64,000 nt of DNA, from the NCBI GenBank assembly GCA_964016885.1, contig OZ024740.1, forward strand, positions 55,986,001 to 56,050,000. Reading direction: 5' to 3'. The translations under genes and the position numbers were made by a program. The first letter of the stretch is position 1; every line of letters starts with the position of its first letter. Below the pieces are notes generated by a model. That model did not search any database. It was not told the DNA's origin and saw nothing but the letters and a program-made list of their open reading frames with translations. Origin of the DNA: Eledone cirrhosa. Its lineage: Eukaryota. Below are positions 26,208 to 41,389 of the stretch, in pieces.

Positions 26208-27694
26208 TAATATTCTACTGTCACTCGCAGATTATCGCTAGTGGCCTTCTATATCTTCCGTCTCCATTACAGAATTTTGGAGCCAATTCAGTCCCCGAAG
26301 CTATATTAGAAGATCCTTGCCAGAGGTACCAACCTTGGGCAAGGATCTAATATATCTTCGGGCTATTTAGTGCATCAAGCTATTTAGTACATCAACCTGT
26401 TTATTTTCCATTAACCTATGACTGATTAAGAATACCGATGCCTGTATTCAGAAATAGTTACTCTCTCTAAAATATTGACATATTTAAGTATATATATATA
26501 TACATATTTCTTTCTAGTCATTTGAAGATTTTCTTTTTAAATATGGCAAATTCAATAATAATATTGTTATAATATCTCCTATACCCTTACTCTATTTTCT
26601 TCTGACGTCATTCATATCGCTGAGTAGAGCGACCGATACCATGATTTATTTCGAAGCCTTTTATATCATAGAAAAGGTTTATTTTTATCAGTGCATTACA
26701 GACATCCAGTGACTTGCTGGTAACATTTAATAACGCCGCAGGTAGATATGGAGCAAACAAAAACCCCATTGTTACTCACTGAAAAGGGAGGGTTTTAAGA
26801 TTTCCAGTGGGTGTGTGTAGCTCAGCTACTTTTGAAATACTCCTTATCAACTTGGTTGATTGATTATTTAATGAATAACCATTTTCAATAGAGAATTTTT
26901 TTTTTCTTTAGTTCTTTTTACACATTAATCTTGTTTGACATGAAAGAAATAATGGAAAGCATTTCAAATGTTTAAATTTTCTAAATTAACGATTTTAACG
27001 AGAGGCATTCTGGCTCTGGCATTGTATTAAATTTCAAACTATATTTAATCTCAAATTACACCTTGGGATCTATTAACATGATAGGGGAATAGTTATGGCT
27101 TTGTTGGTGTACGTATTAACATATATTAAATGAGAGCAAATAAGCGAGATCAAGTTAGTTGTCCCTAAAATATTGCTAAATGCACAAAATTTGGGTAATT
27201 TTTAAATAAGTATTATAATTAATAAACCATTCTAATAAAAAAATGTTATAACATTTTAGGAATGGGGGACTATGAAAATGATATACCATGATATTATTTG
27301 ATAAGGAATTATAATAAGAGAAACACCCAAAGTAATATTGGTACTGTATATGTATAGATGATATGAAAGAGACGCGGGTATATACCAACATTACAAAACA
27401 TAATGAAAGAAAAGATAATAGTTACTAAAGATATAAGATAGGGATGTTTATACCTCATCAGTGAAAATGTAACTGTCATATCGTAAATGAAAGCAGTATA
27501 CTCTAACTAGTATAGTGGATTGTTATTCAGTATTCTATTTCGATATCAAACATTGAATAATATCCTGAAAAAGGATTTACTGGAAATGAAGGAGAAATAA
27601 TGAGATAAAGAGATGACTAACGAAAAAATACAGTGCGTATATATACAAACCCACACTCAATTATGTTTATATACATGATACATACATATGTATG

Positions 27695-27698
<4 letters not shown>

Positions 27699-27763
<65 letters not shown>

Positions 27764-27832
27764 CGTATGTATATCTATGTATATATTATATAAAACATAC
27801 ATAAAAACATATATATATATATATATATATAT

Positions 27833-27921
<89 letters not shown>

Positions 27922-27937
27922 GAGAGAGAGAGAGAGA
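27699..27937. repeat. (TA)n and (GA)n microsatellites
   Basis: Seen directly. Confidence 0.95.
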
Positions 27938-28488
27938 CTATGTATGTGTATAATATAATATCCCGATACGATTGTTTTAGGATAAGAAAGAGTAGCTAGA
28001 AAAAGATAATGATGAGGTTTGCTTGATAAAGGAGAAATTTGGTTCAGAAATGACATTCTTATAATTGTCGCGAGCTGTCACATAGGCCTTACGGCTATCC
28101 TTAGTGTTTAAGCCTTTATTTCTATCTTTATTTTCTTTTATTTATATTTTATAGATTTGAAGTGTCGGCTACTGAAGACGACAAAGACATGAGAATTAAT
28201 TAGGGAAACGTGGTTTCTCAGCGCTTGAGTTGATGACGAATGAAGAAGGACAAGCACAAAGTATGTGTGGCAGAAAGATTTTCCACTGAAGCAGGACAGA
28301 GAACAATAGAATCCTACAAGAAACCCAGGTCTGCCCAGACACCACTGTTTCTGGAGCTAAATGAAAGTTTTAAAAATGCCAGTTTCTATTATCGTTATTT
28401 GTTAGTTAATTCTCTCCCTACCCACCCCACATTTCAACTTAGATGAAGCTTTAATATAGCTTATTTGTTTAAAGAATACCACCAACAC

Positions 28489-28562
28489 AATCATCATAGT
28501 CATCATTGCCGTCATCGTCACCATCATCATCATCATCATCGTGGTGGTGGTCGTCGTCATCG

Positions 28563-28596
<34 letters not shown>

Positions 28597-28890
28597 CATC
28601 GTCGTGGTGGTGGTCGTCGTTATCGTCATCATCATCATCATCATCATCATCATCGGCGTCGTTATCGTCATCGTCATCGTCATCATCGTCATCATCGTCG
28701 TGGTCACCATCATCATCATTACCAACATCAAGCGCATTACCAACACTATTAATAACACTATCATTATAATGATCATCACCATCAGCAACAACAGCAGCGT
28801 CCGTTCTATCAGCAGCAATAACACTATTATTATATTCGTCGTCGTTTTTACAACCAACAACAACCACAATCCAAACCACAACCGCAATTA
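28489..28890. repeat. Degenerate (CAT/CGT)n and (CAA)n trinucleotide tract
   Basis: Seen directly; explains the poly-H/D/S/M ORFs. Confidence 0.9.
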
Positions 28891-29851
28891 AAACAAAGAA
28901 ACATAATTGTCGGATTTTCTTTTTACCCCTTCTTCACTTAAGAAGAAAGGTCGGTGAAGATCTCCCACTGAATAGAAGTCTTTCATAATCTCTGTCATGA
29001 TTTTCCTTCTTCGAATCCCACAAAAAAAAAACTTTTCCACTTAGAACCAATGCTTAACCTCTATTGGCATAATGTTCTTTAAAACCTACTTTGACGGTAT
29101 GCTAAAACAACAGAACGAACCATTGAACAATTTACTCCTCAATATATGAAAAATTGAGACGGTCACGGCTTTTGAACAGATGTCTGCTCAATCATGGCTG
29201 ATCTCGGGATTAACAGCAACAGAACCACCACTATGGTGTAGCAAACTGTTGTTTTAGTTGTTGTTGCTGTTGTTGGTAGGCGGGGTGGTGGGAAGTGGTA
29301 TTTCACCCCGGGTTAGATTTAATTAAGCAGCATCGTGATCAAAGATATTCCAGTCAAGCTCTCCCTGACTTTACGATGAGTGTGAGGTAACTAGGATTAT
29401 ATCATCCAATGTGTCCTTCATTTTGTTAAGATGGTGGTATATGACTTGAGGGAAATTTGACAGCTATTCTTGTCCAAGCTGCCCTTGGTTATTTAATAGG
29501 GCAGTTGGAGGAGTATTAGATAGCAATAACCACTTGTATTTGTTGTTATTGTTTAGACACAGATAAGCTCTGGTTGAATAAGTCTATGATCAAAGGAGCT
29601 CTAGTGTGGTACTCCCGTCGCATTCTATTACTAGAACTATGTTATTAAACCCCCAATTCCTCTTCGTTTTGAGACTCTTAGGTGTGATTCCGGAGGGTTT
29701 GGCTGCTATATTTAGCAAGTCTACCAACCACCTAAGTTTCGTTTTTTTTTCTGGTAACGTAACCAGTTGTATATCCTTTTCAGATTATGTAATATATGAT
29801 ACTCCACCCTTACAAAGATTGGCTATGTACTTTGTGAATATGTATAGTACC

Positions 29852-29940
29852 AAGGGCGGTGCTCCAGCATGGCCTCAGCCGGATGGCTGGAGCAGGTAAA
29901 AGATGCTGGAACAGGTAAAAGTGTAAAAGAGTAAAAGAGT
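29852..29940 (+). mobile_element. Probable SINE/LINE 3' tail fragment
   Basis: agggcggtgctccagcatggcc followed by a gtaaaaga tandem tail. The family assignment is from memory only. Confidence 0.4.
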
Positions 29941-30068
29941 CCCGTGCAAAGCTGGTAATAGAGACCAGGTAGATGGGAAATATAGACCCTACTTCAAAGT
30001 GCTAATTCAGTATTTCAGTTTGGTCTCTTATCTTCCTCATTACTGATGGGCCGAGGACCATGAATTCA

Positions 30069-30538
30069 TCTAAACTATAATAAAGTAAGGAGCGCGGGAC
30101 TGTGTACGGTTTATAATTTGTTATCCCATTAGTAAAATAAGTTGGATTACTTTGAATAAATAATGAATGAATATTATATAATTTCGTGGCTGTTGATTAA
30201 ATATATTTTATTGTTTATTTAAAGATTCACTTCTTTAAAATTTTCAAATATCAACAATTCCAGTTAGCGATCGCTTAAATAAACCTTCATATATTCCCGT
30301 CACTAATTTTCTCCTAATGCAGTTTATATATAATATCGTCTTTTTTTATTGTATCATGGATTACGTTACTGATTACATAAGAGAGTGTAACGCAGTCTTC
30401 GTTCAATTTCTGTGTATATTGTCAATTACGATTTTATTTGATGTATCATATCTACATGCATATATACTTGCGTATAATATCAATATACACACTACACGTG
30501 CTAGCAGAAAAACCACTCGAAGGGTGGTTTTCTGCTAG
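30069..30538 (+). mobile_element. Non-autonomous Helitron-like element
   Basis: 5' end A^TCTAAACTATAATAAAG. The 3' end has hairpin aaaaccactc gaa gggtggtttt followed by CTAG^T. No TSD. A second copy at 45429-45975 shares both boundaries. Confidence 0.75.
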
Positions 30539-32234
30539 TTACATTAATGCTCTTCTATATGACTCTGTATGTTGGGGATTCTCACCGGGGAAAATGTGAC
30601 ATCGGTGTGTCATTTATTAAGATTGTAGAGAACCTGGATTGGCCACCCAAATATCAGAATACCCCCTACACATACACACATAGTCCTGCAGCTAATATAC
30701 AGAGGAAAAGTAGAACTAATTTGTTTGGTAGAAGGTTTATTATAAAAGATTCCAGCGTAGTGTATATTTATTGTTAAATGCGTGTATTTCATTATAGGCT
30801 TTAAAGTTATATGGTACATTCTACATGTTAAAGATATATCGTGTATACTTCATGTTAAAGATGTACGTATTATACATAATACATTTAAAATAAATATTTG
30901 ATGTCTTACATGTTAAATATATATCATATATTCTACATATCAAAAGTATATTGTAAATACTACATATATTATCTTTCACTTGGTTTGATATTTGATCATC
31001 ATTGGCTGTTTTACTAATGGTGTAGCAAAACCTTTTGTCCCTAGTGAAGATCGGTTCGATCGAATGTTTTTGCAGATGTAAATATCGATTTTTTTACAAA
31101 AGAATATGATTAGAAATTTGAAGTGAGGGAATCTTCAATTATGTTGACCTTAGTAATTGACTTTGGGATGGTTGAAGGCAAAGCCGACCGACTATTACCA
31201 GAAATAAAAAGGTAAAATTGACTGACCAGAAGGTTGAAAGGCAAAGCCGACATCGGAATGAAATTCAAGAGAAAACATGAAGATGCGCAACTAAATGTCA
31301 TTCTATTTCCCTCGTTGGGATTATAAAAATAGTTTCTTCTAAGATAAAGCCAATAATATAAGAAAATTTTCTACAAATTTTATGATAATGTAGTCCAAAA
31401 TACATGCATATAAATGTAGGGGTTATCTAGCTAGAATGATTTGGAATCATTATCTGCTCTATCAGAATTGACCTGGAGCTGAACAACAGCAGCAATAAAT
31501 TCATCATCATCAGCAACAACATAACATAGAAATCCGTCACCTATGTCACAAATGCTGCTTTCAAGTGGTTTTAGCTTCCAGATTCTGTAACCCAGGTTTC
31601 AGATCTAACAGTCTAACTCTACTCCTAGTGGCAAGAGATTTTAGAAAGTCTTGAAGGTCATAACATCCTGTTTCGTTTTCTATACATATTTGAAGCCTTG
31701 GGCTTAGCCAAGAACAATCGATATTACAGACCTCGAAATCTTCACATTTAAGAAATGTTATTAATGTGCTGTTTTTCGTGTATAAATATCTTTAATTGGT
31801 CCACGCCCTTTTTGATTAAACAAGTGTGCTTCAAGCTATTCGCTTCAATTACTAAACTCTTGCCTTCCAACTTTGTCAATCAGTTGGTGGTGTTTGTTAT
31901 ATTTGTATGCATTTTTCTTGAATTATAGAATTAAACGTATGCTTCTATAATGTCATATTCTTTATCGTTATTGTTGCAATGTTGTTGTCTTGTACATGTT
32001 CTTGTTACTTGTGTTAATATTTTCGTTGTCTTTGTTTTTGTTCTTGTTGTTGCTATTGTTTTAGAATTGCTGTTTATAGAATTATTACTTTAATTTCCAT
32101 TTTTATTGTTGTTTCGGATTTTATGTTGGGTATTGCTCTGTATTTTATTATGTCGTGTGTTAGTGTTTTTTTTCTCCCCATTCGTTTTAAAAACAAGAAT
32201 TCATACATCATAATTTTGTTCGATTGTGTATACG

Positions 32235-32288
<54 letters not shown>

Positions 32289-32362
32289 CGCATTTTCTTA
32301 CTCACTCTCTCTCTCTCTTTCTCTCTCTCTCTCACTCTCTCTCTCTCTCACACTCTCTCTCT

Positions 32363-32433
<71 letters not shown>

Positions 32434-32836
32434 AATATACACTATCACATACGCCCATATAAAAATTCGTATAATGACTGAATCCGCAAAAACATATTTT
32501 CTTTCCGATACCAAATTAGAAAAATGAATTAAGAAAGCTATGCAGGCTTATTGAGTTATCTAATCAGTTTAGAGAGAGACATGGCATCAATATTAGATTA
32601 ACAATCATATGTGTTTAGATAAAAATATGATTTTACTTTGCTTCAATTTTACACTTCCGGAAAAAATCCATATAAATACGTCCATACAAAACAAACGCAC
32701 ACACAGAAACACATACATATACATATATATATATATACATAAATGTGGGTATATATATATAGATATATGTGTGAGTGCGTTTCTGTAAATGTGTGGTTTG
32801 CATACAGAACCGAATTCTTAAAAATTCACGTAAATA

Positions 32837-32913
<77 letters not shown>

Positions 32914-33487
32914 GTGAGTGTGTGTGTGTGCGTGAGTGTGTGTGTGTGTGTACGTGTGTGTGTGTGCATGTGTGTGTGCGTGTACGTGTGTGTATGCTGG
33001 TTTGAGTGTATACATATATGTACGTTTTTATGTATGTTTTTATATATATATATATATGGAAGTATGCATAGTTACAATATTTAAGTAGGTTTATGTTTAT
33101 AAATATCTATATTCCTACACGGATATTTGTTCGTATATGTATTTACATATATATCTGTATAGGACTTAGTGATACCAAAATATATGCATACTTGGGAATG
33201 TGTGTATATTTATGCGTGTGAATGTTTATATATATTTAAATACTATGTTTCTACGTCAATAATTTGAAATTCAGGGTGCACATGCTCACATGTATAAGCG
33301 CGCTGCAAACACATATACAAACACGTATATTTGCGTTGGTATGTGATTCCCTATGTACTTATGTACACCTCCAGTATATGCTTGTATCTGAGAATGCATT
33401 AATACACATTTAAATGGTAAATGAATAGCTCTATTTATTATGCATAAATTTTAATTGAACTATATAAATCTTTCATATAATATAATG

Positions 33488-33538
<51 letters not shown>

Positions 33539-34264
33539 TAAATGTATAAATTGTGTTAGGAAATCAAAATATATATATATATGAATGTATGCGTTTTGGG
33601 ATGTATTTATGATTCCACATATATATATATTATTATGTATGACCAAATGCTTAAACATGAATATGTAAATATATAGTCGATTGTGAAAATGTAGTTATCC
33701 CAACGTAAAGGACCAGAGTAATAGAGGATCTCTATAAATAATAGTTGAAAAAATCGAGTAAACTTCTTATGCATCGGAAAAGATTCTTCTGTCCACATTT
33801 CATCTCAACAATTATCTATTAGGATCGATTATATGTATAGTCATTTAAATTGAAACGACTATTATGAATTTCCTAGTGTGTTTACACCACACTAGGAAAA
33901 TATGTCGGCACAAACATTGCTTACAAACTCAGATTTTATATTGATAAACTCTGATGTGACTGGAGAGAATCACTTTTAATAGTTGAATTCGTTGAGTTGA
34001 CAAGCAGAAACAAAGCAAAATAGTCAGAGTTGACGAGCACCGCAGGTTTCAAATAAGAATATCTTCTGTCCTGCATCTTTATATAAACAAACATACGTAC
34101 ACACTGGTATAAGTTCCTCCACCCTTTGAAAGGTTTTGCTTTTCATTCATAAGATTTGGTAGCGGAGTTGACTTTGTTGCTCCGAAGCGAAACTGCATTA
34201 CTTGCTGGTACACGTCACTAGAAACACTGAAGAGTGACCTGACAAATAGACACACACACACACG

Positions 34265-34336
<72 letters not shown>

Positions 34337-34337
<1 letters not shown>

Positions 34338-36185
34338 CGACAGGACCACCAACAAGACCTGTATGCGGAGCCAATATTGCTAGCAACTACAGTATCTCCT
34401 ACCTCCTCTCGATGGTTATACGCCCCATAATTAAGATGTCCCCAGATGTATGTGACAGTACAGAGGACCTCCTCAGCAGAGTCAATGAGTGCAACAAAAA
34501 CAAAAACTTATCTAACTGCATAATAGGCAGTATGGACGTGGTATCACTGTACCCATCCATTAACATTGATTTTGCTGTGGAACAATGTGTGGAAATAATC
34601 AGTGAGAGTGAGGTGGAGTTCTGCGACGTCGACATAGATGAACTGGGCTTACTTATGACACTGAATACCTAGATAGCCATGACCTTAGCCCTTTCTGCCT
34701 TAGTAGACCCATAAGAGGTAGACCACCACCATAACCTCAATAGCAAAAATAATCCCATGGGGAGGTGGAATGGGTGGACCAAAGCCATACGGATTCCAAA
34801 AACAATGATCAGGTGAGAAAAATGGTCGTACATGCAATAGGGGCTAGTATTAAAACTACCCTAAAAGGCCACATATTCAAATTCAACGAGAAGATCTACA
34901 CCCAAAATGAGGAAGCAGCCATTGGCGTCAGCATAGCTGGTGATGTTGCCAATCTATTTATGGTATGGTGGGACTGGAGACTCGAAGATCTCATTGAAGA
35001 GAGCTCGATAGACCTCATCATGTACTCTCGTTACGTAGACGATATTAATATAGTAACAAGGACACCCCCACAAGAGAGTACTAACGAACATGGTTTAGAA
35101 TATAGCACAATGAAAAGCATCCAGCAGATAGCTAACTTCATACACCAGAGTATAACTGTAACTGTTGACTACCCTTCCAAACACCCTAACAATAGACTAC
35201 CTGTATTAGACACGGAACTCTAGATTAACACTATAGACGAGTGAGCCCAAATTCTCCACTAACCCTATGCTAAACCCATGGCCTCCAAATACCTGATACT
35301 CAAAAATTCAGCAACGCCCAATAGTGCTAAGTTTAATATTCTGATCGCAGACTTGGTTCGAGTGATGAAGAACGTGTTCCGCATGCGCGACCCAACAGAA
35401 ATGGAAAGACACATCCAACACTTCATCAACCGCATGCAGTTCTCTGGCTACAATCAAAAAGACAGAATCAGAGTATACAAAGTAGCCACGGATAAGTATA
35501 AGACTTTCATAGAACTGGACATGAAATGAATTTGCTCATTATACAGGAGCATGGAATAGCTTAGATAGGACTAAACATAAGATAGGAAAAGTCACCTCAT
35601 GGTACGACAAACAGAGATACCAGAGTGTCATGTTCGTGGATGCTACCCCTGGGGCTAAGTTAGTTAACCAGTGTAGAAAGGTCCTAAGAAAGATCCACTT
35701 AAAGTTTAAAGTGGTAGAAAAGCCAGGAACTACCATAAAATCCCTGATCAGGAAAACATACCCCTTTAAGAAAACCTACTGTACTAATAAAAATGTTTTA
35801 TATATAAAGTGAAACCCCAGATAAACTGTAAAACTAGAAATGTTGTCAAGAGCATAAGATGTAAAGAGGGTACTTGCAGAAATATGACAACGACATACAT
35901 AGGTGAGACAGCTCGAAGCATAGGAGAAAGAATAGACCAATACTGGGGGGAATTAAACTGGCAAAAAAAAAGTTCAGTAATATACAAGCACGCCAGACAA
36001 AACATGACGGTAACATAGACAACATATAAAATAAAATAATATCTAAACATAGAAATGACCCAACAGGTAGGCAAGTCAGAGAAGCGAGTGAAATAGAGCT
36101 TAGAAGGCCAAAGCTAAACAGAAAAATTGAATGGAGTAACAACAACCATACCCAAACAAACAATACTGACTTAAGAGAAATATAA
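34337..36185 (+). mobile_element. Penelope-like element relic (RT + GIY-YIG), 5'-truncated, with stops and frameshifts
   Basis: PPTRPVCG, GSMDVVSLYPSI, IYTQNEEAAIG..ANLFMVWWD, YSRYVDDINI, LPVLDTE, KPMASK; GIY-YIG YIGETARSIGERIDQ. Flanked by (TG)n and (TA)n. Confidence 0.9.
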
Positions 36186-36207
36186 ATAAATATATATATA
36201 TATATAT

Positions 36208-38509
36208 ACGATATTAAACAAATGGAAACTATATTTATAAAACCATATTTATTTCATTATACATATTTCGGGGATACCATATTAAAAATATGGCATGCCT
36301 TCTTCAGATAAAATACAATATATAAACAGTTTTATAAATAATTTTGACGTACCATAAATATTGATCAACTTTTATGTAAGAAGTGGGTTTGGTAGTGAAA
36401 TGTTTATAAATATTTAGTGTTAAGCACAGTTAAAAAGAAAGACGGAGAAAAAGAAGAAATGTATGTAAAGAAAAACAGAGAGAAATAGAGATAGATAGGG
36501 GAGAGAGAAATAGTGAGGAGGTGAAAAAAGAGATGCAGCTGAGGCAACAGATGAATAATAATAATTCATCATACAAATTGAGAGATTTAGGAGGGAGGAG
36601 TACTGTACTTATTTAGTTATAGTGTTAAGGAGACGGAGAGAAATAAAAAATGAAGAGAAAACAGAGAGAGAGAAAGATAGAGGTGGGGAAAAAAGAGGTA
36701 GACCAAATAATAATAATTATTATATATGTGGAGGTGAGAGAAATAGGAGAGAAGTAAGAGAGAAAACAAGAGAGAAACTCGAGAGGCAAAGTTAAAATAT
36801 CCGATACTTAGACTTCATCAAATATAAAGAGGGGGGAGAAGAAAGAGCTATATCTAGAGAGAGGGATGATAGATTTAAATCTTTACGTTATGTCCTATCA
36901 ATTTGAATTATCAATTCATATGAATTGGGTATTATAATGTAAATATCAATATTCATGAATGAGACATAGATATATAATATGTGAAAAATAATGACCAGAT
37001 GTTTAGTTTAAAATTCTGAGGTCGATGTACCAAAAACTGAGATAAAACTTCAAAAAATATGGAAATATATAAGTATATATGTACTTTCCGGAAAAGGAAA
37101 GAAAGAGAAAAAGAGAAGGTCATCTCAAGTTCTAGTTGATACTATAGACATACCCATGATCTTACGTGATCAACTCTGTAATTTCTTGTTTCACATAAAA
37201 AAAATGTTTCCTTTGTGTTATAAAAGATTTTACTATATATATATATATACATAAAAAATATATATTAATACTCCTGCCCTCACATACATGATTATCGTTC
37301 ATGTATAGAATATTATGCATATCTGTAACATATCCAGAGCTATACCCACACATACATATATATATATATATATGTATGCTCACCTATATGTACATGGACA
37401 GATAAAATAAACAGATAAAATAAAAATATACTCTGTAATCATTCCATATTCATATTAATACATATGGCCTTTGTACAGAGACAACCAGATATTAATATAT
37501 CAGCACAGAGATATCAAAACGTTTAAAATATTTTCATCAGTCCCTAGAGTATCTCGGGCCGTAAAAAACACAGTATGCACCCCATATCAACCACAGAAAT
37601 CTACTCTTCCAATTTATCTGACAATATATTGCCAAGTTCATTAGAAGCAATCAGAATCAAAAAGCAAACAAAAAACCAAAAATTATTCAACAAAACTTAT
37701 TTAGCAGAAATCATTTAAAAGATTTAGGAGACCCTGTTGTTCCACAGATGCTCTTATATTTAGTATAGAAGTTTATCTAGCGTAAAGTTTATTCAATAGA
37801 TTGGGAGGATCTACATTTTAGGGTAGTTTAATTACATCATTAGTATATATTTATGAAGAAGGTTTAAAAGAAAAAGTTGAAGGAATCGAAAGATTTATCG
37901 TCAGGTTTCATACATTAATTAAATATCTTAACTAATTATACTACATTTTAAATTTATATTTATATTTCAACGTTGAGTTCAATCTATGTCTGCAGCAACT
38001 GAATAAATTGCTCCTTAAATTAAGGGAATTTTTAGATTTTAATATAAAGAATATCTCCTCCACACAGAGGTCACATGTCTCAGATGAGGAATTAAAAGGA
38101 ATCCCTCTTGAGACAATATTCCAAAACATCGAATACCCAACGTTATCATGTTTAAGTTGCCAGAGTAAGCCTGATACTGAAGTTGAAGATTTCTTGTTTG
38201 GATCTGTGAAAGAATTCTTATGATTATTGTAGCGAAGTTTAAATTCTGTCGAGGTGGAACCAACATAGTTAAAAGAATTTAAGTTAGTTTTAACATTACA
38301 ATTGTATATTATATTTTTAACTAAGCAATTGTTATTTAACGGACATTTAGATTTATTTCTACAGTTACAGTTGTTTAATTGAATATTGTTTTGGCTATTA
38401 TCGGTATTTTGGCTAGGTTTTAGATTCCTATTATTTATTCTGTTAATATTTTGTGCTAAATTTTTGGTGGACGAGTAAGTTAAAACCCAACAATTTTAAA
38501 TAAAACTTT

Positions 38510-38512
<3 letters not shown>
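36208..38512 (-). mobile_element. PLE 3' relic (Naiad-like GIY-YIG, long 3' region, terminal HHR)
   Basis: CNC..SKCPLNNNCLVKNIIYNC near 38370-38300 and FWNIVSRGIPFNSSSETCDLCVEE..LNLRSNLFSCCRH at 37941-38129. An HHR lies at 36250-36315, shortly before (TA)n. Confidence 0.75.
36250..36315 (-). ncRNA. Type I hammerhead (family B)
   Basis: Reverse complement reads tattttat CTGAAGA aggcatgccata..tatggtatcccc GAAA tatgt ATA atgaaata. Confidence 0.65.
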
Positions 38513-38547
<35 letters not shown>

Positions 38548-38674
38548 AAAGTTCTATTTAAATTGTTGGGATACAACAAGCAAATATTTTTATAACTAAT
38601 ATAAAGCACTCAACAAATATTTGGAGTAAAAATACGATATTAACAAATGGAAACTATATTTATAAAACCATATT

Positions 38675-38739
38675 TATTTCATTATACATATTTCAAGGAC
38701 ACCAAGTTAAATTATGGTGTGCTTTCATCAGATAAAATA
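38675..38739 (-). ncRNA. Type I hammerhead (family B)
   Basis: Reverse complement reads tattttat CTGATGA aagcacacca..tggtgtcctt GAAA tatgt ATA atgaaata. Confidence 0.75.
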
Positions 38740-38891
38740 TAATATAGATCAGTTTTATAAATAAATATTGACATACCCTTAAAAAATGCAACCATTACTG
38801 TTGGAAGCTCCCGGATAGCTTCCAACAGTAATGGTTGCATTGCATTTTTTAAGGGTATGTCAATATTTATTTATAAACCTGATCTATATTA

Positions 38892-38956
38892 TATATTATC
38901 TGATGAAAGGACACCATAATTTAACTTGGTGTCCTTGAAATATGTATAATGAAATA
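38892..38956 (+). ncRNA. Type I hammerhead (family B)
   Basis: ttat CTGATGA aaggacacca taatttaact tggtgtcctt GAAA tatgt ATA atga, with a 10-bp stem II. Confidence 0.75.
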
Positions 38957-38995
38957 AATATGGTTTTATGAATATAGTTTCCATTTGTTAATATC

Positions 38996-39298
<303 letters not shown>

Positions 39299-39313
39299 TA
39301 TACATATATATAT

Positions 39314-39345
<32 letters not shown>

Positions 39346-39385
39346 CGATATTAACAAATGGAAACTATATTCATAAAACCATATT

Positions 39386-39450
39386 TATTTCATTATACAT
39401 ATTTCAAGGACACCAAGTTAAATTATGGTGTCCTTTCATCAGATAATATA
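39386..39450 (-). ncRNA. Type I hammerhead (family B)
   Basis: Reverse complement of 38892-38956. Confidence 0.75.
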
Positions 39451-39602
39451 TAATATAGATCAGGTTTATAAATAAATATTGACATACCCTTAAAAAATGC
39501 AATGCAACCATTACTGTTGGAAGCTATCCGGGAGCTTCCAACAGTAATGGTTGCATTTTTTAAGGGTATGTCAATATTTATTTATAAAACTGATCTATAT
39601 TA

Positions 39603-39667
39603 TATTTTATCTGATGAAAGCACACCATAATTTAACTTGGTGTCCTTGAAATATGTATAATGAAATA
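39603..39667 (+). ncRNA. Type I hammerhead (family B)
   Basis: Reverse complement of 38675-38739. Confidence 0.75.
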
Positions 39668-39794
39668 AATATGGTTTTATAAATATAGTTTCCATTTGTT
39701 AATATCGTATTTTTACTCCAAATATTTGTTGAGTGCTTTATATTAGTTATAAAAATATTTGCTTGTTGTATCCCAACAATTTAAATAGAACTTT

Positions 39795-40172
<378 letters not shown>

Positions 40173-40269
40173 GTACAATAACAACAAACACATATAAACA
40201 CACACTAATAAACAAAGATCGAATACAAAAACCAAAACACATACACCCAAACGCGAATACACACATCAA

Positions 40270-40795
40270 GCAATATACACACACGCAAACGCATGCGCAG
40301 AGACCGAGACAAAAATAAATAAATAAATAAGTAAAATAAAAATGGCGTAAACACAACACAATAGGAGGAAACATGATAATAGTACCACTGATGATGTTGC
40401 AGATGTGCAATGAAAGAACTTTGTTAGACTATATATATATATATTTATATCTATGATATTAAATAAATGGAAACTATATTTATAAAACCATATTTATTTC
40501 ATTATATATATTTCAGGGATATCATATTAACAATATGTTATGCCTTCATCAGACAAAATACAATATAAACAGTCTTATAACCCAACAATTTAAATATAAC
40601 TTTCCATATATATTTATATCTGTATTTTTGACCGCTGGTCAGTCAATGATAAACATTGATGGCCAAATAAATTAACTATGGCGATATAAAAGATGAAGAG
40701 TGTGTTCAATTATTATTTCAAACAGCAGTGAGTGTGTTCAATTATTATTTCTGGCAATATTATTACAACAATATGACCTCCCCAAGTATAACAAT
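40270..40795 (+). mobile_element. Family-C PLE terminal repeat, interrupted by a family-B terminus (about 40455-40605, minus strand)
   Basis: Homologous to 55690-56092. HHR-like CTGATGA t gttgca gatg tgcaat GAAAG at 40384-40424. Confidence 0.7.
40495..40560 (-). ncRNA. Type I hammerhead (family B variant)
   Basis: Reverse complement reads tattttgt CTGATGA aggcataacata..tatgatatccct GAAA tatat ATA atgaaata. Stem III is the palindrome ATATATAT. Confidence 0.65.
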
Positions 40796-40904
40796 ATATA
40801 TATATATATATATATTGAATATATATATCGAGCGCTTGTCAGCACAATATGGAAGTTCCGTTTCGCTAATTTCTACCCGCCGAAATGCTATTCTCGCTAA
40901 ATTA

Positions 40905-40954
<50 letters not shown>

Positions 40955-41077
40955 GGAGGTGAGTTTTATTGTAGTACAATAAAGCAATGCAGATATCGGA
41001 TAAGAAGCACTCTACAGATTGTAGGACTGGAGTATACATAATATATAAGATCAAAAGATGGTTAAATGAGTTCCATG

Positions 41078-41148
41078 TATTTTATTATGCACATTTCAAA
41101 AACAAATATCATCATGCAATAACATTTGTGTTTTCATCAGATAAAATA
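41078..41148 (-). ncRNA. Type I hammerhead (family B-related)
   Basis: Reverse complement reads tattttat CTGATGA aaacacaaatgttatt..gatgatatttgttttt GAAA tgtgc ATA ataaaata. Confidence 0.75.
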
Positions 41149-41290
41149 GGAGGACATGATATGAAGGTTAAAAAACACTTGTGGATAGTGCAGTTTTAAA
41201 TCAACATATCAACATATGTTTAAATCAACATATGTTGATTTAAAACTGCACTATCCACAAGTGTTTTTTAACCTTCATATCATGTCCTCC

Positions 41291-41361
41291 TTTTTTATCT
41301 GATGAAAACACAAATGTTATTGCATGATGATATTTGTTTTTGAAATGCGCATAATAAAATA
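41291..41361 (+). ncRNA. Type I hammerhead (family B-related)
   Basis: ttttat CTGATGA [long stem II] GAAA tgcgc ATA ataaaa. Stem III is the palindrome ATGCGCAT. Confidence 0.75.
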
Positions 41362-41389
41362 CATGGAACTCATTTAACCATCTTTTGAT

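Noticed and set aside
27368-27470. Minus-strand CTGATGA ggtata..tatacc cgcgtc
   Set aside because: GAAA is missing, so an HHR cannot be supported
28402-28891. His-, Asp- and Ser-rich ORFs
   Set aside because: CAT/CGT trinucleotide repeat that is open in most frames
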